A stretch of 32,000 nt of DNA from Candidatus Methanoperedens sp. (GTDB lineage Archaea > Halobacteriota > Methanosarcinia > Methanosarcinales > Methanoperedenaceae), in NCBI GenBank assembly GCA_027460535.1, contig JAPZAR010000029.1, positions 33,735-65,734 on the forward strand. Direction: 5' to 3'. Shown piece after piece: positions 8,866-17,944 of the stretch. Each line of letters starts with the position of its first letter. Within the stretch, counting starts at the first letter, position 1. The position numbers and the translations under genes are program-made. A model generated the notes under the pieces. It worked only from the letters and a program-made list of their open reading frames with translations, was not told the origin of the DNA and searched no databases.

Positions 8866-8976
8866 CCCGCCTTAACTCAGTGGCTAGAGTGCGCGGCTGT
8901 AGTATGGTTCATGTGCATATGCACACAATACCGCGCAGGCACCGCGAAGTCCCCGGTTCGAGTCTGGGAGGCGGGA
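8866..8976 (+). tRNA. tRNA-Tyr (anticodon GUA) with a 38-nt intron at 37/38
   Basis: Acceptor CCCGCCU/AGGCGGG with a C1-G72 pair and A73 (archaeal/eukaryal tRNA-Tyr identity). D arm ACUC-AGUGGCUA-GAGU, anticodon stem CGCGG/CCGCG, loop CUGUAG..A, variable loop AAGUC, T arm CCCGG-UUCGAGU-CUGGG. Intron 8903-8940. A TATA-like AAGTATATTT lies ~24 nt upstream (8838-8846). Confidence 0.85.
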
Positions 8977-8987
8977 TTTTATTTTTT
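8977..8987 (+). terminator. oligo-T archaeal-type terminator after tRNA-Tyr
   Basis: TTTTATTTTTT immediately follows the discriminator base. Confidence 0.5.
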
Positions 8988-9044
8988 ATAATAATATTAA
9001 CAAATAAGTGAATTATTTAAAGCCAAAGCGCAAATAAGCCCATT

Positions 9045-9956
9045 ATGCTGCGAGTGACTTTTCTCGGGACAGGAGGCACCCTGCCTACGCCGAACCGCAA
9101 CCCTTCTGCCATACTTGTCAACAGGGAAGGAGATATGATGCTTTTTGACTGCGGCGAGGGCACGCAGCAGCAGATGATGCGAGGCAAAGTGGGCATGAAG
9201 ATAAATTCCATCTTCATTACTCATTTCCATGCCGACCATTTTCTCGGGATCCCGGGACTAATACAGACCATGTCTTTTAACGGAAGGACTGAACCGCTTG
9301 AAATATACGGGCCGGAGTGGACCAAGCAGATGGTACATCTCCTCATGGAGCTGGGTTACTACAAGCTCGGTTTTCCCATAAACGCGCATGAACTGGAAAA
9401 TGGGTCTACGATTGATAAAGGAGAATATTTTATAAAGGCTGTTGCCACAGATCATGGCATTCCCAGCCTTGGCTATGTGCTTGAGGAAAAAAAACGTATC
9501 GGCAGGTTTAACAAGGAAAAAGCTATCGAACTCGGGGTTCCGGTGGGGCATCTTTTTTCAAAGCTCCAGAATGGGGAGTCTGTCATGATAAATGGCAGAA
9601 AAATCTTGCCCTCCCAGGTATTAGGGAAAAGCCGTCCCGGCCGAAAACTGGTTTACAGCGGGGACACGCGGCCCTGTGGATCAATTGCCCGGGAAAGCTT
9701 GGGAGCGGACCTTCTTATCCACGACGGGACGCTTGCCGATGAGCTGAAGGAGTGGGCTCTTGAAACAAAACATTCGACATCGGGGGAAGCCGCAGCTCTT
9801 GCGAAAAAAGCAAAAGTAAAGCAATTGATATTGACACATGTCAGTTCCAGGTACTCGGAAAATGTAGAGATGCTATACCGTGATGCAAAGAGCGTATTTG
9901 AAAATGTCAAAATCGCAGAAGAATTCATGGAAATAGAAATACCTCTCAGTGAATAA
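9045..9956 (+). CDS. rnz: ribonuclease Z (tRNA 3' endonuclease)
   Basis: LRVTFLGTGGTLPTPNRNPSAILV, metallo-beta-lactamase HxHxDH motif (THFHADH), 303 aa. Confidence 0.9.
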   Translation: MLRVTFLGTGGTLPTPNRNPSAILVNREGDMMLFDCGEGTQQQMMRGKVGMKINSIFITHFHADHFLGIPGLIQTMSFNGRTEPLEIYGPEWTKQMVHLLMELGYYKLGFPINAHELENGSTIDKGEYFIKAVATDHGIPSLGYVLEEKKRIGRFNKEKAIELGVPVGHLFSKLQNGESVMINGRKILPSQVLGKSRPGRKLVYSGDTRPCGSIARESLGADLLIHDGTLADELKEWALETKHSTSGEAAALAKKAKVKQLILTHVSSRYSENVEMLYRDAKSVFENVKIAEEFMEIEIPLSE

Positions 9957-9992
9957 ATAAACATTAAATACACGCAGGTATATACCTCATAG

Positions 9993-10340
9993 GTGATGGT
10001 ATTGAACGCTTCTTTGTTGAAATTCAAACTGGACATTGAAAGAATAGGGCACATAATTGACCTGGATGAGTTCAAAATAAAAGAAGCCAGCGAACAAGGA
10101 AAGAGCACACTGATCTCTTCGAAATTCTTTAATAAAGGGGTTTACAGGGTGCGCAATACAAAGAACGGGCGCCTTGAGACTATTGCTGTGAATATTGATA
10201 AAATAGCGGCTGTCACATACGAAGGGCTCAAAAAAGAATTGGGGGAGGGCTGCGTTGACAAACTCCTCTGGAAGGATGTCCCTGAGGGCGAACCCATATT
10301 TTTCTATTCGCTTAAGCTTGAGAACGATTTTGTAAAATAA
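9993..10340 (+). CDS. hypothetical protein
   Basis: ORF with coding-like composition fills the rnz-deoA gap. I recognised no motif. The start could be the ATG at 9996. Confidence 0.45.
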   Translation: MMVLNASLLKFKLDIERIGHIIDLDEFKIKEASEQGKSTLISSKFFNKGVYRVRNTKNGRLETIAVNIDKIAAVTYEGLKKELGEGCVDKLLWKDVPEGEPIFFYSLKLENDFVK

Positions 10341-10343
10341 ACT

Positions 10344-11861
10344 CTAAAAGACCTTCGTTGCCTGGACTCTCTCTAAAAGCATGCCTTCCACAATTATGGG
10401 GAAGTCCGTCTCCGCACTCTTTAATGCATTTGTTAGTTTCCAGCTCTTGTCAGCGAAAATCGTTATCAGGGGTTCACCTTTCTTAACGATCTCACCTTTT
10501 TTCTTATGGATCCACACCCCCGACCCTCTGTCAATGGGGGCTCCCGCAATCCTCGCTATCTCCACGATTCTTTTATTGTCGAATTCAATAACATAACCTT
10601 CTGCCGGGGATGCAAGCTCAGCCCTATGTTCACCCGGTTTTATATCGGCATATGTTATTTTAGGATTTCCACCCTGTGCCTCTATGATTTCCCTTAATTT
10701 GCCCAGAGCCTTGCCTGAACGAAGTGTTTCCATCGCTATATCCTTACCGTGCCCTTTGGCCGCTGCTCCGCCCATTTCAAGCAAGATGCCGGCAAGTGCC
10801 GTACTCTTTTCAATAAGGCTGTTAGGCCCCTGCATTGTTTCCAGTACTTTGAGAGCCTCCCTGACCTCGATTGCCGGACCGACCGTCCTTCCGACCGGTG
10901 AGGCGCCGTAGGTCATGGCGCATTCCACACTCATCCCGAGCCTTTCTCCCAGTTCGATCAAGTCCCTTGCCAGTTTTTTTCCCTCCTGAATCGTGGGAAC
11001 TTTTGTCCCGCTGCCGATGGGTATATCGATGACGACACAGTCTGCGCCAACTGCCCCCTTTTTCGCCATTATGGACGCAAGAAGCTGGTTATGGGGGTCT
11101 ATCCCGAGTGGATATTCAGCATGTATCAGCTTGTCATCAGCCGGAGCTATATTTGTAGCGCCACCCCATGCGATCACGCCTCCTACCTTCTCTGTAATGG
11201 ATTTTATTTCCTCGGCCCCGAATTCTACTGGTGCAAGCACTTCCATAAGGTCAGCTGTGCCTGCCGCGCCGGTAATGGCCCGTGAGCTTGTCTTGGGTAT
11301 CAGGAGACCGTTCGCAGCTATTATGGGTACGACCAGCAGCGATATTTTATTCCCAGGTACACCCCCGATGCTGTGCTTGTCCACAATGGGATGGGTATCG
11401 AATTCGATCTTCTCGCCCGTATCGATCATTGCCCTTGTGAGCCATTCGACCTCATCCGAGCTCATTCCGTGGATGTATGAAGAGGTAACGAATGCAGACA
11501 ACTCTATTTCCGTAAGGTTATCCCTGACAATATCCTGGACGATCTGGTATATCTCTTCCTGCGTCAGCTTCTGGTGATCCATATATTTTTTAATGAAGCC
11601 GACGGAGCTGGGTCTTGAAGTGGGTATGATATCTACTGTAAGTGGGCATATCTTTCCAAGTTTCTCGCAACATTCCTGGTATACCCCTAGGTTACCTCTT
11701 TGAATCATATCGCCTGTTTCAACGATCGCAGTGATATAACTATGATCTTTTAATTGAACTCGGTCGCCGCCGCGAACCCCCAGTTCCTTAGCATCTTCGG
11801 TATTTAGGACAACCTTGAATTTTCCTGCCTTTATTTGAAGTGGTTGGACTTTTAATTCCAT
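10344..11861 (-). CDS. deoA: AMP phosphorylase (thymidine-phosphorylase family, archaeal long form)
   Basis: 505 aa. The N-terminal extension MELKVQPLQIKAGKFKVVLNTEDAKELGV is characteristic of archaeal AMP phosphorylase. It is followed by the glycosyl-transferase family 3 core (HSIGGVPGNK, TSSRAITGAAGTAD). Confidence 0.85.
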   Translation of the reverse strand: MELKVQPLQIKAGKFKVVLNTEDAKELGVRGGDRVQLKDHSYITAIVETGDMIQRGNLGVYQECCEKLGKICPLTVDIIPTSRPSSVGFIKKYMDHQKLTQEEIYQIVQDIVRDNLTEIELSAFVTSSYIHGMSSDEVEWLTRAMIDTGEKIEFDTHPIVDKHSIGGVPGNKISLLVVPIIAANGLLIPKTSSRAITGAAGTADLMEVLAPVEFGAEEIKSITEKVGGVIAWGGATNIAPADDKLIHAEYPLGIDPHNQLLASIMAKKGAVGADCVVIDIPIGSGTKVPTIQEGKKLARDLIELGERLGMSVECAMTYGASPVGRTVGPAIEVREALKVLETMQGPNSLIEKSTALAGILLEMGGAAAKGHGKDIAMETLRSGKALGKLREIIEAQGGNPKITYADIKPGEHRAELASPAEGYVIEFDNKRIVEIARIAGAPIDRGSGVWIHKKKGEIVKKGEPLITIFADKSWKLTNALKSAETDFPIIVEGMLLERVQATKVF

Positions 11862-12071
11862 TTTATCGTACCCTTGTTCAGTCTATATTTACTGTTTGCA
11901 ATATTTAGGATATAATTTTTTAATGTTTTTAGAGACATTTGTTAAACAGTGCCATTTTTAATAACATTCTTACTAATACCAAAAATAGGCTCTTATTCGA
12001 TAAAAAGCTTTATATTAATAGATATCAAAGTAATACTAAAATAATTTATTATAAAAAGGAGATTAGAAATT

Positions 12072-12221
12072 ATGGGTAAAGTTGTAAAGCTCCGGAAGTC
12101 GGGCAAAAGCCTGATCATAACCATACCAATGGCAATAGCTGAAATGTTTAACCTCAAAGAAGGATCGTTGGTAGAGATTGAGCCATTTACCTCTAGCTCC
12201 ATGCAGCTTAAGGTAAAATGA
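12072..12221 (+). CDS. AbrB/SpoVT-MazE-type antitoxin-like DNA-binding protein (49 aa), no partner toxin
   Basis: Below the track's length cut-off. Hand translation gives MGKVVKLRKSGKSLIITIPMAIAEMFNLKEGSLVEIEPFTSSSMQLKVK (swapped-hairpin SpoVT-AbrB pattern). A GGAG Shine-Dalgarno-like motif lies ~9 nt upstream. Track ORF 11993..12325 is its antisense shadow. Confidence 0.6.
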   Translation: MGKVVKLRKSGKSLIITIPMAIAEMFNLKEGSLVEIEPFTSSSMQLKVK

Positions 12222-12275
12222 CCGTTACTTTTACCTATCCCTTCCGGAGATAAACCATCCGGTTGATAAATATGC

Positions 12276-12584
12276 TCACCCATTTTTAAACATTCTACTC
12301 CAGATTTCTGTCCCTTCCTCCGCATATATCTGTGATTTCACAATTAGCATCTTATTGTAAAGTGCCATGATAAATGCTATCAGGAAGACAACCTGTGTTA
12401 TCTCGGCAATATAATAGGTGTTTAGCACATCTCCTGCATCTCTGAACCAAATCGTAAACTTGATTAGTATATTTAGAGCAAACCCTGCTCCAGCAACTGA
12501 AATATATATCCAAGTTCGCTCCAGCACTGCCTTGTCAAGAAATAAATCAGTATTTGATAAGTCCCTGTCCGCTTTGCGTATCAT
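12276..12584 (-). CDS. membrane protein, paralog of 2777..3145; probably 5'-truncated or frameshifted
   Basis: TM helices and paralogy to the 2777 ORF. The reading frame stays open upstream to 12701 and encodes another TM helix without a start codon. A 48-aa ATG ORF (12798 downward) lies in the adjacent frame. Confidence 0.4.
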   Translation of the reverse strand: MIRKADRDLSNTDLFLDKAVLERTWIYISVAGAGFALNILIKFTIWFRDAGDVLNTYYIAEITQVVFLIAFIMALYNKMLIVKSQIYAEEGTEIWSRMFKNG

Positions 12585-13029
12585 AAAGAGAATCTGCCCA
12601 ATGAGGATGATTAAAATAAACGCAGCACATGCAGTAAATATTTCTAAGAAAACCTCAACAAGCCCTTTTGTTAAAATCTCTAATTCCTCCTTTATGAAAT
12701 TTTATGAGCAGGTCATTTGAAGTTATACCTTCCGAAACAATAACAAACGAACCTATGACTGCTATTAAAAATAGTACATTCAAATTATATTTCACCATAG
12801 TACCATCAAAGTTTAATTACCTATATAATATTTATAACTGTCGATACATGCAACTTAAGGTAAAATAAATTTATAAGTCATCGGCAAATAGGTTGTATTT
12901 AGCACTATTGATTAATCCGCAGGATGTTTTCATGATTAGTTCTCAGGCTGTCATCTCCTCTATTAGGGTATCAAAAAACAAAGAACGGGCGCGAAAACAT
13001 GATCCGACTCGTATGGGGTAAAGCCGGGA

Positions 13030-13704
13030 TCAGATTTTTCCTAAGATATTTTTCAACTCATCTACACGCAACTGCCCTGGAGCTAGCGCATTCTCTACAT
13101 ACCCATATGTCATGACAGATCCATAGATGGGAGCTATAACACGCGAGTGCCTTCCTGTTTCACCCATGGCAATGGTGCACACCGGTCCTTTTGCTCGCAG
13201 GGTAGCCTCAAATAATCGCAGCACATCTTCAAGGGAATTCGGCATTACAGCGAGTTTAGCGATATCAGCCCCAGCCTCAAATGATTCATTGAATATTCCC
13301 ATCATAACATCTAACCTCGGTGTCTTCTGGAAATCATGTGTGGATATTATAACTGTTTTCCCTGCATCACTCGCTACTTTAACGACATCATCTCTCTTAT
13401 CCGAGCATAACTCAATGTCAACTGCATCTGAAAGAGGCAATAAAGAGACCAATGTCTTAATGCGCAATGACTCATCCCTGTGCCACTCTCCTCCCTCCTG
13501 CTTCATCCGGTTTGTAATAATTACAGGGAGGCCGATTCCTTTAACATCCTGAAGTGATTGACGGGCATCGCCATCCAGGAGATCGATCCTTAATTCCAGG
13601 ATATCTGCCCCAAGCTGTTTTGCTTTATTTGCATATTCGACAGGATTTTCTCCTAATGCCGCAACCACCGATCTTTTAAGTTCCAGACCTCCTAAGCGCA
13701 CCAT
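13030..13704 (-). CDS. aroD: 3-dehydroquinate dehydratase, type I
   Basis: ADILELRIDLL, VIITNRMKQEGG, IISTHDF and TIAMGETGRHSRV are typical type I DHQase blocks. 224 aa. Confidence 0.88.
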   Translation of the reverse strand: MVRLGGLELKRSVVAALGENPVEYANKAKQLGADILELRIDLLDGDARQSLQDVKGIGLPVIITNRMKQEGGEWHRDESLRIKTLVSLLPLSDAVDIELCSDKRDDVVKVASDAGKTVIISTHDFQKTPRLDVMMGIFNESFEAGADIAKLAVMPNSLEDVLRLFEATLRAKGPVCTIAMGETGRHSRVIAPIYGSVMTYGYVENALAPGQLRVDELKNILGKI

Positions 13705-13798
13705 ATGAAGGTAAATGTCTCTCCGTGATAATAAGATTTATTAGAGTAATTTAATCTATCAACATATTTATATCGTTTGAAGTAAATTAAACATAAGA

Positions 13799-14065
13799 AT
13801 GAACCACTTGTCGGAAAAGGTTAAAAGGGCGGCGGCAAGTTTAGTGCTCGAGGTCGATGAGAGAAGGGTAGGAGAATGCAAGAATTGCGGCTCATGTTGC
13901 ATGTTTTTATATAAATGCCCTTTCCTGAGATTTGAGAACCACAACTCTCATAAAGCCGTATGCACAGTACACAGACTCAGACCTCCAATGTGCAGGAAAT
14001 ATCCAAGGACCAAGGAGGAGCAGTTACATCAACCCTGCGGGTACTATTTTGTTGACCGAAATTAA
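13799..14065 (+). CDS. YkgJ-family (CxxCxxCC) putative Zn/Fe-chelating protein
   Basis: CKNCGSCC motif plus further conserved Cys residues (CPFL, CTVH, PPMCRKYP). 88 aa. Confidence 0.6.
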   Translation: MNHLSEKVKRAAASLVLEVDERRVGECKNCGSCCMFLYKCPFLRFENHNSHKAVCTVHRLRPPMCRKYPRTKEEQLHQPCGYYFVDRN

Positions 14066-14133
14066 ACTCCTATCCCAAGAAGTGAAATCGTTCGATATAT
14101 TTATTATACAAAGAAGCCGTAATTGACCTGAAT

Positions 14134-14352
14134 ATGACAATATCTGAACTGCTCAAGAACTCTGCCTATGCTATTGTATTTGGATTCATGGGACTTATTA
14201 TTGGGATATGGAGCGCAGACCTCTTATTCAATTTAATCCTTAAAAATTTAGACAGGGTAACTACGATATATATTTCTTTAATAATTATAATATTAATTTC
14301 GGCAGGCGCGTTCCTGCTTGGTTTTACCAAGGGTAAAAATTTGCTTGAATGA
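14134..14352 (+). CDS. small two-TM membrane protein (hypothetical)
   Basis: Two clear hydrophobic helices. Preferred over the overlapping antisense ORF 14166..14543. Confidence 0.4.
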   Translation: MTISELLKNSAYAIVFGFMGLIIGIWSADLLFNLILKNLDRVTTIYISLIIIILISAGAFLLGFTKGKNLLE

Positions 14353-14714
14353 GAGTAAACGTGCAGGAGCTCTTCCTTTACAATGCGGCTAATAATCATG
14401 CGTGCAGATGAGGTGGGCATCGTGTGGAAAAGATGCTTTGCAGGAACAATTATATTTTCATAATAGAGAAGAATGAAGATGCCTGCAATAGGGCAAAGCA
14501 GCTTGATATAGATCATACATGGAAATACGGCTACGTCAAGCATGTTAAGAGCGCTGCCATTCGATAAGCAGTAAACCCCTCATGTTTTTATTTGATAATG
14601 TGGTCTTCAATACGGGATACTTGAAAAAAGAATGGAATCTCATTATTATAATCATAATTAATTAAAGAGTAACCTATAAATACAAATAACCTAAGGTATA
14701 ATGATAGGCGGAAT

Positions 14715-14966
14715 ATGCGACGAAGCAGGATAGATATCATTATCGATGTTCTGGAGGTGGCAAGGATGGGCGTGAATAAAACGAGCGTTGTCTACAGGAC
14801 GAATCTGAATTTTAGGCTGGCGGATAAATATCTTGAGTTACTGCAGAGGCAAGGATTTGTAGAGAATAGAGTGGATAAATATATAACAACAGACAAAGGG
14901 AAGATCTTTTTGGAGAAAGCCAAAGAAATCAATCTACATTTAGAAGAGCCTGACCGAAACTGGTAA
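14715..14966 (+). CDS. small winged-helix DNA-binding protein (archaeal HTH_45-like)
   Basis: RRSRIDIIIDVLEVARMGVNKTSVVYRTNLNFRLADKYLELLQRQGFVE...ITTDKGKIFLEK fits the small archaeal wHTH family pattern. Confidence 0.6.
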   Translation: MRRSRIDIIIDVLEVARMGVNKTSVVYRTNLNFRLADKYLELLQRQGFVENRVDKYITTDKGKIFLEKAKEINLHLEEPDRNW

Positions 14967-15132
14967 TACCAATCTCCTCATTTTTTATTTCTACAAGCCC
15001 ATACTCATTCATGAAATCCAGGGTTGCAGCAACCTTTGATGGAATTTCTTTTTCAATTTCATTTATACGGAGTTTTTCTTTCTCACTGATTATTTCAAGG
15101 ATTCTATCTGCGGTTTCTCCGAATTTTGTCAT
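14929..15132 (-). CDS. small winged-helix-like protein (hypothetical)
   Basis: I place the start at the internal Met (MTKFGETADRILEIISEKEKLRINEIEKEI...YGLVEI) of track ORF 14929..15171. It is convergent with the previous gene and overlaps it by 38 nt. Confidence 0.4.
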   Translation of the reverse strand: MTKFGETADRILEIISEKEKLRINEIEKEIPSKVAATLDFMNEYGLVEIKNEEIGITSFGQALLNVD

Positions 15133-15391
15133 ACCTTTCTTGATAATGATGAAATAGTATATATAACTCAACTTAACAGAGTTCCTTAACGTGCTTTCTT
15201 AATATAATTTCTTAACTATATTTACTAATATTTTATATTACCTTCAAGCGTAGGAGTGTTTGCCCTTCATGGGCAGGATAAAACAGGTGATAAAATGAAT
15301 AACGAGAAACCGAATAGGACAGAAGAAGAAAGGGCAGCAGAGGAAATATTCCAGAAATATCCTCTAAACTTCGGTTAAGAGGCATCTTAAA

Positions 15392-16300
15392 ATGAGCTGG
15401 AGAAACAATATTGAACTATTAAGATTGTGCAACTCTCCAGCTTCTATAATTTCACCTTTCCCTATTTTTGCAATTTCCCTTTTTCTAATATCTCGCAGAG
15501 AGTTCAATATTCACGATTTACCCATTCTATTTGCCGGAATAGTTATCTCACTTTTTTCGAACTTTGGTTCTAACTTATGGAACCATTGCAATGATATAAA
15601 AGAGGATTTGGCACAAGGCAAGAAAACGATTTTAACACAGGATAGATCAATGCAAAAAACAGCACTGTTTATCGCTGTCATGCTCTACGCATTCTCTATA
15701 CTCTTTGTTTATTATTTATCAATCGAACTTAAAAAGCCAATTTACTTGTTTTTTTTAATTTGGGCTTTTGCAACCTGGTGGTATTCGGATAATCTAATTC
15801 TTAAAAAAATTATTGGTTTTAGACTAAAAGAGCATTATATAGGTGAGTTTATCACCTATGGCGTTGCATGGCCCACGTATACATTGAGCATCTGGCTTGT
15901 ATATTCTGATTTAAATGCCAAAGGAGTATTGACATCTGCGGCATTCTTTTTACTTAGCATATCAGCGCTACTGTTAAAGGATTTAAAAGACATAACAGGA
16001 GATAGGAAAGCTGGTTTAAAAACTTTTGGAGTAACATTCTCCCCTTCTCGACTAATACGATACTCCTCTTACATGATGTTGTTATTTTATTTTATCTTAC
16101 TGAATCCACTTTCTTTAAATCTTTTTGGTATCGGTATTTTGGTCATGATCTTTCCATTCGTTTATTTTTTTAAAAATACCTTTGCCCACATGTATAAAAA
16201 AAACTGGGTTTTAGAGCTAGAAGATATGAAAGCACTGAAATGCATAGGCAAATCTATCTATGCATCGGTGATATTTATAGGGCTGAGCGCTTTTCATTAA
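15392..16300 (+). CDS. UbiA-superfamily intramembrane prenyltransferase (divergent)
   Basis: About 8-9 TM helices. First Asp-rich motif NHCNDIKED (NxxxDxxxD) and second motif DLKDITGD (DxxDxxxD) followed by RKAGLKTF. It does not resemble DGGGP synthase around the first motif. Confidence 0.8.
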   Translation: MSWRNNIELLRLCNSPASIISPFPIFAISLFLISRREFNIHDLPILFAGIVISLFSNFGSNLWNHCNDIKEDLAQGKKTILTQDRSMQKTALFIAVMLYAFSILFVYYLSIELKKPIYLFFLIWAFATWWYSDNLILKKIIGFRLKEHYIGEFITYGVAWPTYTLSIWLVYSDLNAKGVLTSAAFFLLSISALLLKDLKDITGDRKAGLKTFGVTFSPSRLIRYSSYMMLLFYFILLNPLSLNLFGIGILVMIFPFVYFFKNTFAHMYKKNWVLELEDMKALKCIGKSIYASVIFIGLSAFH

Positions 16301-17670
16301 ATTTCCAAACAGGTATTTGTACCAGCATTTGTAAAAAAAATATTATCATTCGCTTCTGATAAATAATTTCTTAACTGGAATTCAGGTGGAATATACGCTG
16401 AAGGAGGGTAAGATAAAATTCCAAAATAATTTTTACCTAATAGTTTTTTCACTTTATCTTTATATTCAAAAGTTTTCTCTCCGAATGTGGTTGCAACTCC
16501 TACATCAATGCAGAAATAAATAAAACTACCATTATTATATTTCAAATTATTTAAACTTGAGATGAATGCATCAAATTTATCATTCACCATTTCATAAACT
16601 AGGGCAACCTTTTCTGAATAATCTGAAACATCCATAATTAGAGGGAACAGGTCGAATGGTAAAAAGTTGCCCATACCAATAACAAACGCTCCCTTTGTTT
16701 TTTTATTGAAAAAAAACAACCCATACGGTATGAAGATTTTATAGTCTCCTTTGTCAAGATTCCCTAAAATTTCTTTCTCTTTTTTATCAAATACATGTAT
16801 CAGATTCTTTACTGCTTCGGGGGAGGGTATGCCATCCAGCGATATTAAAATATTTTTTTCAAAGTTTGCTTTAAATTCCTTTATAACTTTAAAGTTATTA
16901 TTGATTATGCATCTTGTTTCATCAAGAGTTTTACCTTTATCAGGAAAGATCTCATCATATACAGCATTTATATTCTCTTTCTCGATTGTGAGTGCAGCAA
17001 TGCCTTCTTCTATATCCCTGAAGTTACAGAAAATGCTGGGAGAATTAAACCTCAGTTGTGTATGCAATACGTTAATTCCTATAATCGGCACTTTATAATC
17101 GGTACTTTGTGCAAAAATATCAAGTACAGTCGGAGGTGGGTAGATAAATTTCTCTTTATCGCAGTAATCTGCGAATTTTCCCGCATATTCTTTTTGTTTT
17201 TCCGGATTCGCTCTTTTGCATAATGTACTGTAATATAATCCTCTCGCACAAATTTGACTGACCTTAAACGCACTTGCCATATGTGCTAATGGAAAATGTA
17301 ATATAACAACCCCTTTCTTGCAATCTATTTTTTTGGCGAGTTTTTTCGCAGATTCTATTGCACCATTTTCATTCGCTCCTTGAACTCTTATCTTTGCGTC
17401 AGGGTCAGTGCATAGTACCAGCGCGGCACCATCCATTCTTAAATCATCTGGAAATATCATTCCATCCACAGAAGCGCCTATCTGTGGTATATCGCCATAC
17501 TCTTCATGGAATATATCCAGCATGGACTGATATTTGCCGCCATACTTTAACGTGGCATAGAATAAAGCAAGGTCAGGTTTAAAATCCAGATGCAAATGAG
17601 CTTGCTCTAAAATATCCAGTGCAGCCTGCTTATGGTCTTTTTTATTACTGAAAAGCGTAAGAGATCTCAT
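16297..17670 (-). CDS. stand-alone FIST-domain protein (FIST_N + FIST_C-like)
   Basis: The N-terminal KPDLALFYATLKYGG...IPQIGASVDGMIFPDD...DGAALVLC fits the FIST_N pattern. No recognisable output domain. Stop codons of this gene and the UbiA gene share TTAA at 16297-16300. Confidence 0.6.
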   Translation of the reverse strand: MRSLTLFSNKKDHKQAALDILEQAHLHLDFKPDLALFYATLKYGGKYQSMLDIFHEEYGDIPQIGASVDGMIFPDDLRMDGAALVLCTDPDAKIRVQGANENGAIESAKKLAKKIDCKKGVVILHFPLAHMASAFKVSQICARGLYYSTLCKRANPEKQKEYAGKFADYCDKEKFIYPPPTVLDIFAQSTDYKVPIIGINVLHTQLRFNSPSIFCNFRDIEEGIAALTIEKENINAVYDEIFPDKGKTLDETRCIINNNFKVIKEFKANFEKNILISLDGIPSPEAVKNLIHVFDKKEKEILGNLDKGDYKIFIPYGLFFFNKKTKGAFVIGMGNFLPFDLFPLIMDVSDYSEKVALVYEMVNDKFDAFISSLNNLKYNNGSFIYFCIDVGVATTFGEKTFEYKDKVKKLLGKNYFGILSYPPSAYIPPEFQLRNYLSEANDNIFFTNAGTNTCLEI

Positions 17671-17944
17671 TTCACCTTTTGTATTTTTGTCTCCGGGGCG
17701 TTTTTACTTTCCATTATATCCAGAATTTCAATTAGTTTGTTTGGGAATATATATTTTTCCGCTATATTATTAAGATGCAGTGTTCTTAATATTTTAACCT
17801 TCTCACCAGGTTTAAAGGGAGAATGCCTAGGTCAACTTGATAAACATTCTATGAGGATGCAAAGGCAGAACTATATCTATTTTGGAGATTAATTTTAATC
17901 CGATACAGGTATCCATCGATTATTAATCCGAGGGAGGAAAAATT

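Noticed and set aside
10158-10172. Exact 15-mer ACAAAGAACGGGCGC repeated at 12978-12992
   Set aside because: My rough estimate is that a 15-mer match within 32 kb is about chance level. The flanks show no extended similarity.
11993-12325. 110-aa minus-strand ORF
   Set aside because: It is antisense to the AbrB/SpoVT-type small ORF, which has an SD-like motif and a recognisable fold pattern. The 110-aa product has no motifs.
14166-14543. 125-aa minus-strand ORF and possible gene fragments at 14353-14700
   Set aside because: It overlaps a cleaner two-TM + strand ORF. The remaining stretch yields only start-less fragments (e.g. ...NRAKQLDIDHTWKYGYVKHVKSAAIR*) that I cannot assign. I treat it as debris or non-coding.
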